From Convolutriloba macropyga (Eukaryota), in contig NC_134475.1 of assembly GCF_964194025.1 (NCBI RefSeq), forward strand, positions 67,642,001 to 67,706,000: a DNA stretch of 64,000 bases. The letters run 5' to 3'. This document shows positions 50,450 to 63,329 of this stretch, piece after piece. The notes beneath the pieces are model-generated. The model was not told the origin of the DNA. It worked only from the letters and a program-made list of their open reading frames with translations, and did not search any database. Within the stretch, counting starts at the first letter, position 1. Every line of letters begins with the position of its first letter. Position numbers and translations under genes: made by a program.

Positions 50450-50850
50450 AGAACCTGCAAAACCTACCTGGTAAACCTACCTGAATACCTAAAAACCTAC
50501 TAGATACCTACCTGAAACCTAACCAGAGACCAAATTGAAAACTACCTGAAAAAAAACTAGCTGAATACCTAGAATCTACCAAATACCTACCTCGACCTAC
50601 TTGCAACCTAACTGAAACCTACTCAATAACCTACCGGATACCACTGAAACCTACCTTATACCACCAGAGGAACCTACCTGAAAACCTAACCGATTACTTT
50701 AAAAAAATCCCTACCTGGATATGCCTACCTGGAACCTACCTGCAACCTACCTGATATGTCTTCAATAACCTACCAGATACCACTTAAACCTATCTGATAA
50801 CACCAGAGATAGCTACCCGAAAAACCGAAACCTACCTGAATACCCTACCA
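50450..50850 (-). repeat. ACCTACCTG short-repeat array in the BEL 5' leader (CAGGTAGGT on the element's sense strand)
   Basis: More than 20 degenerate copies, nine of them exact CCTACCTG. Confidence 0.9.
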
Positions 50851-51339
50851 ATGCCGACTCTACATAGCATTTGGAAAAAATATAGTTCAGAGTAAGGTCG
50901 TTGTTTTTCCGGACATAAAAACAAAGAGAATGCTGTTGAAACGTGTTTGGTGCGCTCGTGTGTGATACGCTCGTTTCGTAAAATTGGGAACGGATATTAA
51001 AGCGCTCGGTCGGAATTACCGGAAAATGCAAGAAGGTGAAATTGTTGAAACATCGAATTTTTGTCAGTAATTTTTGGTCAAATCCGGAAAAAACTCTCAG
51101 GTCGCAAGAAAGGGGTGAATAATCAAACGGGCGAAAAATTAACAGGGAAAGATAAATAATAATGAAACAAGAAAGCCCAGTTAAATATATGAAGCTCGTC
51201 TCGTGATGGAATGGGTATTCTCCCGGGTATTGGAGGGGATGGGTTTTTTCTAAAATTTCCTTCTCTACCCTTTTTACGAAAAAAAAAATCTTCGAGAAGG
51301 AAATTTTAGATCCTTTGTCTTTTTCGTTGGGCGTCAGAA

Positions 51340-51598
51340 TGTCACATTGACCGCCTTAAGTATACTCAGGAAATCATTTTGCTTATTTGAATTAATAATG
51401 ATGATACAAGCGTTTAAGATAAATAAATCAGTTCTCAGTTTTTTAGTTTTTTGTGTGTTGAAATTCGACTGCTTTTCTCTGCTTCCTTTTGTTTTGTCAC
51501 TTCTTCTCTTAACCATTGAAGGTCTGTTTCGGGCAAAGATCCATAATAGTGCATAGATGTTCTCTAATTAATTGGGCATCAATGATGTATCGATCACA
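51340..51598 (-). repeat. 5' LTR of BEL/Pao element
   Basis: Paired with 43934-44192; PBS immediately internal. Confidence 0.96.
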
Positions 51599-51603
51599 TG
51601 CTT

Positions 51604-52116
51604 GGTTGGAAAAATAAGAAAACTCAAAATGGAATTCGTGTGAAATCATCAATGTTCTGACAGTAAGTTCTGATTGCATACAGAAAAGAAAATTTATTAA
51701 TGAGATAATTAAAATTCCAGTCAATTATACGAAGCTCATAATAGGTGTTCTCCCAGGTTTGTAATGAAATGGTTTTTTTTCATGTTTTCCCTTCTACTCT
51801 TTTTACGAGAAAACTCTTCGGAATGGAGTTTTTGGATACTTTGTTTTTTGTTGGTTGCCAGAATGTCGCTTTGGCCGCTCCGGTAACAAATTTTGTTTGT
51901 TTAGATTAATATGGATACAAACAATTAAGACAACAAAATCATTTCTCACGTTTTATAGTTGTTCATGTTCAAAATCGACTGCTTTGCTTCGATGCTTTTG
52001 ATTTGTCACTTTTTTCTCTGAATTTTTGAAGGTCTGTATTGGTCCAATGTTCTTAATATTGCAAAAATGTTCCCTTATGAATGTTCTCTTAGGACATCAA
52101 TGATGTTTTGATGACG
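51604..52116 (-). mobile_element. Older BEL/Pao copy: leader, PBS and diverged 5' LTR (51864-52116)
   Basis: Colinear with 51175-51598 (GAAGCTC, TCTCCC.GGT, TTGG..G.CAGAATGTC, TCGACTGCTTT, TGAAGGTCTGT, CATCAATGATGT). PBS TGGCAACCAAC. Confidence 0.85.
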
Positions 52117-52722
52117 CATACTGATTGAAACCAATGGAAACCACAACACTGGTTGAATTTCAGTTGCTTATTTTGCACAATACTTTTATCTTTTTCTTGA
52201 AAAAAAAGCAAAGCGGTCATTGGGTATAACTAAGAAAAGATATAGCTTGAACGAATAATTTTATTTGTTGTCTGTCTAATTTTATCCAAAGATTCCAGCG
52301 AAAAATCTTTGTGAAGCATAAATTATCTTCAGCAAAAGAATATGGGGTGGGTAGAAAAACGCTTTTGCCATTATAACTTAATTTGATCGTCGTAAAAATC
52401 CAGTCATTAAAGAGGGTAAAATTTAAAGCAGTAACCAAATGATATCGTTTTTCATTCTATAAAAGCTCGAAAGTTCGTGAGATTTTTCTACTGTTGACCC
52501 CTATGATATTTTTAAAGACGAAAAGTGTTGGCTTAGTTTCTAATTCAACCTTAACGTTACGGCAAATGTCATGCTTTCAGAAGACATTTTAAAGCTTTCG
52601 ATAATTCAGCTTTTTGGGGTGGGGGTGTGCTTGCACGAACGGAAAAGGTCCATTTTTGAACAGAGCTGTACCTACTGTTAGGATGTTTTTCTCTGTCCAT
52701 CGCGTTTGTCGCATTTGATCAG

Positions 52723-53050
52723 GTGTGTATTGATGTAGAGGGGATACTAATGGGCATAAGTGTCCCAAGTTTTGTAGATCTATCAACTACCATTATTTTA
52801 TTCTTCTTTTACACGAAGGCATTCTTCGCACTGAGAACTTCAGTTCAACAAGATATCGAGCGAAATAGTCGAGCTAATAAATCTGCGATGGTATCCAAAG
52901 CGAGTCAAAGGAAGAAGTTGCTCTCACGTGCCTTCTCTCTCATTTCTGTCTGTTATGTATTAGTTCGGCTTCCTGTTTCTATCGTGTATCCATTTATGGT
53001 TTATTTTGAGGAAAAAAACTTTCAATTGGGACGTTACAGGGAAACCTTTG
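52723..53050 (+). CDS. Class A GPCR exon encoding TM5-ICL3-TM6
   Basis: Hydrophobic TM5 ending FFFYTKAFFAL, basic ICL3, TM6 AFSLISVCYVLVRLP. Acceptor TTTGATCAG at 52714-52722 and donor G|GTAGGA at 53050/53051. Confidence 0.72.
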
Positions 53051-54344
53051 GTAGGAGATTTTTGATCTTTTCTGCCAACCCACCCCCCCCCCCGGGTTTT
53101 CAAGCCCTAAACTTTAAGTTAAGAGCTATTATACAGCCCGCTACAATAATGTCAAAAATAGCAGGTTCGTCTGAGGGCGTCAAAGGGGGAAATGTATATG
53201 CACTATGAGGGGCGACAGAATACATCCGACATTTTTACAATATTTGGAGCCTCTTTAATTAATCAAAACTCATTGAAAATGCAAATATCTTCGTGTAGGA
53301 ATATTCTTAAAATCTTGCAAGAAAACAAATCTCAGAAAAGGATTTTTTTAAAAACCTTAAAATCTGCCGAGAAGTTAACATACCGGACGTCGCTTTTCAA
53401 GCTCTAATATTGCGAGTTTTGAGGAAGGTTTCGTGGCTATACGGCAGTCATTTTGAAATTCTGGCGAAACATACAGTCAAACTGTTCTATAAAGGCCAGA
53501 AGCTCTCATTGAATTGAAGCTGAATTAGCATTCTTTACTCAGTAAAATAAGCTGGTAAAAGCAAACATGGTTAAAAAGTTTCAAACTAAAAAAAACGAAA
53601 TTTAATTGTGCACTTAGCATTTATATTAGCTATTATACCACTGTCAAAAAACATTTATGATGCTTAAGTTGGTCCCTGAACAAATTATTTAATTTTTTGA
53701 GACTGAAACCAAAGATTAACAAGGTTTATAATGACACAAAAAATTCTTTTGCTTAAGCACAGTGATTGTTCTAGACTAAGATTTTAAAGTATAAAGAAAC
53801 TTAAAATGGCTATGTCTGTTTGTTGGCTCTAGCATACGCATGTGATTTGACCTGCTTGCTCAACTCTAAACCTATTTTTGATATATTTGAGAAAACATCT
53901 GAGTTTTATAACGTTGCGAGTAGCCATAACATCAAAATGATTGACCTTAACCAGAGATCGAACAAGCAATATTCACTGATCGACGCCCAGAAGTCATCAA
54001 CTAAAAAAGGTAAACTCATGAGCCAATACAGATCTTTGATTCTAATTGTCACACAATTTGTAAACCTCCGTGCATATGCAGTATATACTGAAGAAACAAA
54101 AAGGTTACAGAAATCCAATCTCAAACAAATAAAAATTTCAGTAGAATCATTTTTTCAAGAACGAAGCCAACGTGCACATACAATGACAAAAATATATGCA
54201 GACCAAACAATCAAAAACTATATAAAGAGGTCAAAACAATATTGCATCAAATATACACGTGACTATAAAAGATAAATTGACTTGAGAAAATTCATGTAAA
54301 ACCATCAACAGTCAAGTTTATTACACTTTGAGAGCTTAAAATGA

Positions 54345-54768
54345 AAATTGGGTCATTGCCTGTAAAACTCCCCGGTCTATCGCGGATACTGAGCCATTTT
54401 AAGCATTGGGGAGGGTTCTTACTGGGTTTTGCCAATTGTGTTTTATTCCCGCTGTGTATCTCTTTCTAATCACGGTTGCAGTTGCTAGAGTGGCTGTTCA
54501 GCGTAAGTGTAAGAAAAAGAAATATTTTCGTGTCCCAGATGGGAAAAACAGAGGGAAGTAACAAAAAAGAAATTTAAATGAAAAAATTTAAAAAATAATA
54601 ATTTAAATTTAAAAATAATTTAAATGTAGCAGAATGGAAATATAATGGAGCATAAATATTAAATGTCTGCTTAGTATAGACAACTGTCGCACGTGGGGGG
54701 CATCGAACTCCCAATAAATATTTTATTTCCTAAACTGAAGCACGGTGCCAATATGAGCCATTGAACCC
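54345..54768 (-). mobile_element. tRNA-derived SINE-like element
   Basis: Minus-strand A-box TGGCTCATATTGG (54748-54760) and B-box GAGTTCGATGCC (54699-54710). Extent of the body is approximate. Confidence 0.5.
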
Positions 54769-55039
54769 GGATTTCACGGGTTTTAAAATGCTTCGTAGTT
54801 TGTACATTAAAAAAACTTCATATTTGAGGCTAATACTATAATGTCTGTGCGCATCATCCCAACAGTCCTCATCAAGAGGAGAAATATCAACACAACCCGA
54901 TTCGGGTTACTCAGAAGAGTAATTTAAAGCCTTGGAGGCGGTGCCTAAATTTAGATTAGATAGCACCGAAGAAGTTTCCTGGCCCTAGATTTGATCATGA
55001 CTTCAATCCAAAGGATCCCTAGGGTCTTGGTCAGTGATC

Positions 55040-56400
55040 AATGAATTTTATATCAGTAAAAAAAAGAAACAAGAGTAGTAATGCCTTTAAGTAAAACCTT
55101 TTGCGGTCTGGTTATTTAATCAATTAGTAGGGCTAAATAACTTTTTCAAAAGTTGTTTGAACATAGCTTTTCATCTCTATGAGGTGTAAAATTTATTCAT
55201 TTTTGCTTTTGGTGAACTTGTGATGTAATCCATTGTCACTGATATACAAGGTTATGCCTGTTTGTTTCTCTGAAGGACCTTTTAAAAGCATGTAATTCGT
55301 TCTGGTGGGAACTATTTTTGTAGTCTGCCTTTCACACATATTTCAGAGTTTATCGTTCAATGATTGGAGTTTGCCCTATATTAATTGACTGCTAGGTCTT
55401 GAAGTGTTATACCGTGGGAAGAGATCTGCAAACTGAGAAACTTTACTTGGAGCGTCTGGTATTTTTGAGACATTAATTAGGAACAGCCTGGGCGCCCCAA
55501 CACTTCCCTTAGGGAAACCAGCTGTGGGTGAAAATTTCAGGCTTCTTCCGTTCTCGATTTTAACATCATTGTTTCTTTGTGAAAGGAATACAATCAACAA
55601 TTTGCTGATTGCTTTATGTATTCACTTTTTTTAAGTTTGTCAATCAACCCTGTTCTCCAAACTACATCGAACGCCTTTTCTATATCAATGCAAACAAGTC
55701 CTAACCATTTGTATGCTTCAGTTACAAGCTGTGTCACTACTATGAGGTTGTCAGTCGTGCGTTTGTTTTCTCTGTATGTATTTTTCCCTTATTCAAAGAT
55801 TTTTGTTGGCTTCACAGTGGCCCAGGATGATTTTCAGTGACAACTGACAACAGTTATACAGATTTGGCAACAGATTTTTTACGGATAACTGTTCTGTAGT
55901 TTGTTTTTTACTCTTTTTGACGTTTTTGAAGCAGTGTTACTTGTGATTCCCTCCAAAGACATGTCGAAATAGAGATTATGATTGAACTTTATATAATCAG
56001 GCAAGTCGAAATTTCAAGGAGTTCTGGTAACGCCTTTTGTAGTTTGTAACTTGTTTCTTCTGGTCAGTTAAATGATTTTTTAAGTTTCCTTAAGCTTCTT
56101 GTTAACGCTTCAAAGCTAGGACACTTTCTTCATTCAACCTGTTTTCTTTCAGAACGGTTTCAATTACATTGCCTAAATTAGACCATTTTCTAGTAATTAT
56201 TTGGGTTTTGTTTGTTTTCAAAAAATGCTACATTAGCCCTGACGTTTTCTACTGCTGATCTTTTATTGTCTCCTACAGTAAGTTAACTGGCAGATCATAA
56301 ATTACATCGTCATTTACGGCAACTTTGTCTATGAAAATCTGATGTGCTTGACTGTTGTGTCCAAAAAAAGTGTCATCTAGTGTTAAGTTGATTTCATAAG
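55040..56400 (-). pseudogene. Non-LTR retrotransposon (LINE) ORF2 reverse transcriptase remnant
   Basis: IDIEKAFDVVWRTGLIDKL, GFPKGSVGAPRLFLINV (PQGS motif), SQFAD. Confidence 0.85.
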
Positions 56401-56589
56401 TCGGTTTTAGTACATAGGGTTTTTCAATTGTGTAGTAGTTCGATGAGATTTTGGTAAACTTTGTTCCGATTCTCTTTATCCGGAATCATTGGTGAATACT
56501 AGCAGTATTCGTGTACTTTGCATTTGCAGATTTCATACACTTCTCGAAATCGATTTTTTTCTTTTTTACTAACACTCTTTTCCTATTAA

Positions 56590-59500
56590 TTTTACCTCTG
56601 TTGGGGAGAAGTTCATTTGTTCAATTGTTCATAGGTCTCGTTTTGTGATTTTAGGTACTCATCACTTTGCAATAGTAAATTTCAATTCGTATCTGTATCC
56701 TATTTCGAGCAGATATTTTAAGTCAGTTTTATCGTCCCTCCCTCCCCGTGTTTCCACATTCCCAAAATCTTTGTGGAATTGCCACAACTTTTCACGCTGA
56801 AATAGAAGTAATACAGTAAACTTCTAGTCTAGCCACAATTCGTGAAGTCAATTAATTGACAAATATTGTGCACGCATTCTTTGCAAGTTGCTACCCTATA
56901 AACAAATTATCTAACGGCACCTAAAGAACGGTCGCTCTTTGGTTTTGGATCATTTTGGGACAAACCTACATTGGAAGCACACGCTCGATGGGAAAGATTG
57001 CGCGCGATCTTACAGTTTGTAACACCAGCAAACGAAGAAATTTCAACCGACATTCTCAGAGCCGCCCGTCAGACAAGATAATTCTGCTCTCAGAGCCGGC
57101 CTATGAGGATGCCAAAAACAAAACAATTCAAAGAGAAGGTTTATTTTAGAATCAGAAACGAGCAACAAGAAGGCGTGGCTCAACATATTTTAGAAGTCGG
57201 GCGCTATTGCAATATTGTGTGGCAACCACCCATGGCATCTATGAGACATCAAAGCGGTCTCCTAACCTATTTGAGCCTTAGAGCAGAAGGATTTCAACTC
57301 TCGTGTTCTCCAGTGATAAAACTATTAGATTGTTGGACTGAGACAAAAGAGATCCGGGATCTTCTCAATGATATCTTTACAAAACATTGCAATATTATAT
57401 TAAATAGATAGTCTACTTAACTTGAAAACAGCGAAAACATTGACCGACCAAAAACTTAATTTGATCTCTTTGCGAGCTATTATTGAATTTTGATCAAGGC
57501 AGTCATGAAGAATTGTACGAGAAGTGTTCACCGGGAAACTGCTGGTGAGAGAATAGAAATGTGAATAAATGAAGCAGGCAAACACGCCTAAGAAAGAATC
57601 GGAGTTGGCAATCTTTATTGGAATGGGCATTCAAAATCACTTCAAAAAACAGGAATTTTCAATTACACAATCAGCACGAGCGGAACAAATCCATAAGTCA
57701 TCAATAAACAAAAGAATGACATTTGAGCAGGTCTCAATGTAGATACCGCTCTCAGCGACAAAATAATAAGCTGAGTGCAACTACTTGTCCGAATTATTGA
57801 AACAAACTGTTGCCAGGTTATTGTCAAACTGTTCTGCTCAGAGAAATTTTTGCATGAATGCTGGTAAAAGGAACAATTTTGCTAAAATTTGGAGAAAACA
57901 GAAGTCAGGAAATTTGAAACCGGAACCTCGGATAAACAACGTTGAATACACGTAAACAGATGCGGCAACAGTTGCTACCAACGCTGATTAACAGGTAAAT
58001 AAAATCACTTCCATGATGCTGAAGCATCAGATGACCAACAATGCGTAGCGCTAACTTCAGAAATCACTGCCTTCGTGCTGTTGAACATGTCAATCTTGAA
58101 GTACAATTTGTAAGTATTCAAACAAAGATAACTTTGAATTCGAGCATTGTGTGCACTAGGAAAAAATATTGGCCAATGCGATCACGAATCGTGACGATCA
58201 GATTTTTTGGCTGCAAGTTCCATCCTCGACTGACTTGAAAAAATCACTAATGAGTTAATCAAGAACACGCTGGGATGATAATCAATACAACTGTAAATTG
58301 TAACGATTGGACTTCAGAAGAACTTAAAATTGCAGTTGTAGAAGATAGTCATTGGCCAATTATTGGAAGAGATCTCTTCAGACAGCTGGGCTCGTTTTTA
58401 AATCAGTCAAAACAAGTAAATGTGAAAACACAATCTCCAATACATTCAAAAATACGTAGAGTCCCAATTAATTTAATAGAATTGGTAAACACAGAACTTA
58501 AAACATTAGTTTCTGAAAAATACATAAAAAAATTGAACAGTTGTTCTTATAAATATTCAAATTAAAATAAATTTTTGTTTTAATTCTCCATATTGCTTGC
58601 ACTTGACACATTGATAACCTTATAGAGAGAATTCAACAAAGTTGTAGCAAACATTCAAAACATGACAATGCTTTTTTGACAATTCTGGATTTAAAGTACG
58701 CAGAGATTCTGGATTTAAAGTACGCATAGATAATTTTTTTTAAATTTAGACCCGGATACGTATTTCCATTGCAATCCGAACATTATAGGTGCTGAATCCA
58801 ATCGAACTTACGCTTTTTATCCGGTTTTAAAGCGCAAACTGACATGCCAGCAGCATTGCAAAACGTAGAATTGTAACAATTATGACACCCTTTTTGTCCA
58901 TTAATTAAAAAGGCCGACCAAATTTTGTAAAGAAAGACACATTTGATGGACACTTCCAGGATGCCAAAAATTAAGTCGCAAAACAACAGAAATTTAAGAC
59001 TGTATTCGAAGCTTGAAAAGGCTTCTTAATCGAGATGCATCCTTTTCAGGTTGGTGAGCAGCACTGAAACAACCTTCCGCGAATAATTGGCAGACTGAAG
59101 CATTCGCAATCACGTCTCCTCAACAAAAAAATGAAGTAAAAAATAGCGTCAACGATTCAAAGTTTCTTGGAGGGTTTTTGTACAAAATTTTAAACATTAT
59201 CTTTCTACAAAATGCTCCACTACCACTACAAATCACTGAGCCTTTTTTTGTACTGAAAAAAAAATTTGTTCAAAAAACCTATACTAGCTGATCAAGAGGT
59301 TGTGTGGACCGTTTGTTACTATTTGATGTTAAAATTGAACTAATTCCGGGTGCCAAAGTACGACTATTGGACTACATTTTGCGCCAAAGAAAACAAGAAG
59401 CAAAATCCATTGAAAAAGTATGACCTAGAATTTGACGCAATTGCGGCAATTTATACACAATGTCATTCGTCCTAATTATCGGGATAGTTAGAGAACATAT

Positions 59501-62143
59501 TATTTGCGACACGAATGTGAGCAAAATAAACACCCATTGCGCCTGCTAATCTTATCTCTCGTACCACTCAATTGCTTCGAAAAAAATTGGCAACGCATCG
59601 CCTGCCCAGTCTCCGACAAAATAATCAGTGAGCAGGGCAATTCCATCACTCACTACTGCCAACAGCAACTCCAGTTGCTTTGTTCCATATCAGAAGACGA
59701 CATTCCCTCCCCCGTCAGCTGCAATTGATTTTTCCCATGACAAAGCGTTTGAAACAACCTGACACAATTGTTCACTAAAGCATTCTTGGGTGTCGTGACC
59801 TCAAAGGAGTCTTGAAAAAGGTAAAAGAAGGCGTTCTCTAAAACCCTGAATAACGCTGCAAAGACGTCAGTTCATAATTGTATTCTATTTGGCGTGACCT
59901 TTATATACGTTCAACGTTTGCAAGCGTCGATTAAAAACGAGTCTACTTCAAAATCAATCAACTAGCCCTTCTCAAATATTTGAAAAACACGCCAACTGGT
60001 AGCTGGGCTTTGACAACATTGGGTCGTTATGCATTTCGGCCGTACATTCACCACGTGTCCAAATGTTATAAAGATTTTAGAAGACTACATAAAGAATAAT
60101 GGAACACAAAGAAACATACGAAGCTAGTTGTTTAATTGTTTAAAAAGAATTATAAAAATTTCTGTAATAACTTTAAAATCAACACTGTCAATGCTTCTGC
60201 AAATGATCATGGAGCAATTGGGTTAGTCGAACGTTTGATACAAACAATTAAATGGGCAAAAATTACGAGGCATAAAATTAGGTTGTAAACAAAACACATT
60301 TCAATGCAGAATTCATTTAATTCAATTGTTTATTATCTCTGCGAACGCAACAAAACACAACAGACGTATCACCTTCCCAAGCAAACTTCGAAACAACACT
60401 AAATAGACTACTGAGAAATTTTAGTTAGCAACCTAAAGACACAAATCTCTTTTATGAAAAGTTTTAAATTACTATTTAGACAATGATACCATTCCATCGG
60501 AGGACTATATTGACAAGAGAGCTTAGGTCAGCACAGCAAAAACTATATTCTCATGGAGAATCTTCTGACAAAAGCTCAAGTAGATGCCGGCAAAGGTTAT
60601 AGCGGTGATTGCAGTAACTCGGTGTCGAGATTCATTATCCATCCGAAGTTGACGAATCTGGTTCTACGAACAGAGAGGACGCTTGAAAAACTCCCAAACG
60701 AACGCTGAACACAAAACTGATTTGCGGGATATACCCAACGGCGTTCTCTTCCTTGCAAAACTACGGAGGAAAAAACAAAATTTTCCATAAAAGAAACCAA
60801 GACAAAGTACAGTGGAGGCATCAGAATCTGCCATTAAGACGCCTGGAGAACCATCTGCCGATTCTAATTTTCCTAAAACATTGCCGGCGCAAAAATCAAC
60901 GAAACCAAAAACCTCCCCTATTATAACGAAAAAAAACCATCTCCGCGGCACTAAATCAGCTTCGATTATTCAAGAACTCAAATTGAATGCCAATATCACC
61001 AATGTAGAAAACAACCCTCTTACTACAGATTCAGACAACATCATGTTACCAGTAACGGGGTGAAAGAGTTGGAATGTCGGAGTCGAAGAAGCGGACACAA
61101 AAGCCTAACGACCCTGTAATATAAACAATTCAACACGAAGAATAGATTTGACTTCCAGTCATAGAAACGGACTTTTAATTGCCCGTATTTAGCCCTGCTG
61201 ATCTCAAAATTCTCCCGCTCTAAAGCACATCCAAAATAAGTATGTGGGGAGATCAGTATGTGGGCTTCTGACGCCGAGAATTAACATTAGTTTGGTCCAA
61301 ATTAAAACATAAACTATTTATGCCCAATTTCTTTAATTCTAATCAGCTTGATTTACAATATAAACTACTTTTGTTTTAAAAAAAAGGGTTCACTCAACAA
61401 ATGGTGATATTTTTCATTGCAGTGGAATAGCAAAGCGCACCCACTTCATATGAACACTAGGAATTTGGTGGTGGTATCGAAAAAATAATTTTAGTATTTT
61501 CAAGAGGCAGTAACCTACAGTTACTACTAACACTAGCTTTGATCACCAGTACATATATAGTTTTAGTTTTGCTAACCCGAAATTATTGTTGATAACCCGC
61601 AATATTATTGCTTTCATTTTACCGCAATTTTACTCTTTATTATTCTAAACGTTGATTCATTTTGAAAAACAATGAAAAAATTGTTAATTTTTCTTTGCTC
61701 TTTGAATTAATTTATTGCACTAATTAATTTGTTGTGAAGTCTGATATGTGATACACGAGAAATTTTCACCAAATTTATTGATATTACATTATTTTTAAAA
61801 TTATTGTTTACTTTTTTTAAGTAAACCTCTGTCTGGAGGAAGTCATTTGGTCAAAATTTCGCGCATCCCGTTTTTTGATTTCAGTTGTTCATCACTTTTG
61901 CAAATATATTTTTGAAATTCAGTTCATCTCTGCATCCCTTTTAGAGCTTGAGCCGATATTGTAGGCCAATTTAATTGTCTCTCACTGCGATATTCCTAAA
62001 GTCCTGGTGGAATTGCAACCGCTTTCAAAGAGAGAAGGGAAGTAGTAAAGTATACTTCCAATCTGACCTGGACTCCGAATCTGTTAACAAACGATTCGAT
62101 CACTTTCGTCGGACGTTTGGTACTCTTAACCAAGAAATAATCA
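56590..62143 (+). mobile_element. Highly decayed Ty3/Gypsy element with diverged LTR remnants (~56590-56912 and ~61822-62143)
   Basis: RT remnants LDLKYA and TDMPAALQ; integrase DHGAIGLVERLIQTIK; PBS-like sequence at ~56915. Flanking direct similarity blocks (CATCACTTT, ATTCC.AAA.TC...GTGGAATTGC, GAAGTA.TA.AGTA.ACTTC.A.TCT). Confidence 0.7.
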
Positions 62144-62220
62144 TCTCATAGTTGTATAAAATTCGCTGCCAATAACTTCTTTTACAAGAAAACTGTCAAA
62201 GTGTATAAAGATTTAAAGAT

Positions 62221-62372
62221 NNNNNNNNNNNNNNNNNNNNNNNNNNNNNNNNNNNNNNNNNNNNNNNNNNNNNNNNNNNNNNNNNNNNNNNNNNNNNNNN
62301 NNNNNNNNNNNNNNNNNNNNNNNNNNNNNNNNNNNNNNNNNNNNNNNNNNNNNNNNNNNNNNNNNNNNNNNN
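62221..62372. other. Assembly gap or masked run (N)
   Basis: Run of N. Confidence 0.99.
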
Positions 62373-62855
62373 ATTGATATAAAGGATAACCGCTGTTCAC
62401 TAGTTTGAAGTTCCCGTCATCAATTGAGTCTACAACTTAGTCCACGTCAATTTTGTTTGATTTAATTTAAAACATACAATATTTGGAAACAATAACATTA
62501 ATTTTGTTCTATTCGATTTGCAATTTGAACCCTTTTCGGAAATATATTGCTGAGTAAAAAATTTTGTATTTATTGCTCAAGTTGTCAAGTGAATTTGGAT
62601 ATATTTAATTGTAGTAGAATAGAAAAGCATATCAGCCTCAATTGAGCATTGAGATTTCATTGAGGTCATAGAAATAAACTTATAGTATCGTCATGTGGCG
62701 TTTAATTAGAGTTACTAATATCACTAGCTATGACACACAGTAAAAATATTGTTTTGATTATGATAATCAACAACTATTGCTGTTATTATATAGTCAAAAT
62801 CTTACTATAAATAACACGTAAACTATTTATTTGTTTTAAAATTCAATGTAAATAT

Positions 62856-63053
62856 GAGCCGATTTTGAAAGGCAAGTTAAAGGTCTTTCGCTTTCACATT
62901 CCTAAAGTCTTCATGGAACTGCAACGACTTTCCAAGATAAAAAAAATTAGTGAAGTATAATTCTAATCTACCTGGACCTCGTAAGCGAATCCGTTAATGA
63001 ATGATTCGAACGCTTTCGTCGTACGTTTGATACTCTGTAACAACAAAGTATCA
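62856..63053 (+). repeat. Additional partial LTR copy of the same Gypsy family
   Basis: Aligns with 61950-62143 (GAGCCGAT, ATTCCTAAAGTC, ACCTGGAC, CTTTCGTCG.ACGTTTG.TACTCT, ATCA end). Confidence 0.7.
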
Positions 63054-63329
63054 GACTGTTGCTGAATGTTTGCTGCAAATTACTTGAGTTACGTGAAAAT
63101 CGCCGATATGTTTGAAGACTAAAAGATCGCAGAAAAGAAATGAGGATCAAGCTTGCTCTCGCTCTGTTGTTGATTTGATAGATATGTAGGAAAACATTTA
63201 TTCAGTAGTTTGTAGATTCTGTCGTCAAAATAGGTCTAACAGTCTTTCTCCTTTATTGGTGTTGTAGTTACAGTAGAGTTCTTGATGAGGAGAAGTGAAA
63301 TCTGCGCAGGGGAACAGGTTCTGAGAGCT

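Larger units (their letters stand above)
43934..51598 (-). mobile_element. Full-length BEL/Pao LTR retrotransposon
   Basis: 259-bp TG...CA LTRs at 43934-44192 and 51340-51598 with 5 substitutions. TSD TGCTT at 43929-43933 and 51599-51603. PBS TGACGCCCAACG (tRNA-Lys-like) and PPT-like ATGGGGCCGGCTA. Confidence 0.97.

Noticed and set aside
53820-54275. 151-aa ORF
   Set aside because: TTG start, low-complexity A-rich composition and no recognisable domain.
54405-54540. Candidate GPCR TM7 exon (LGFANCVLFPL or a hydrophobic frame)
   Set aside because: No convincing phase-matched acceptor or NPxxY motif, and it lies within the SINE-like body.
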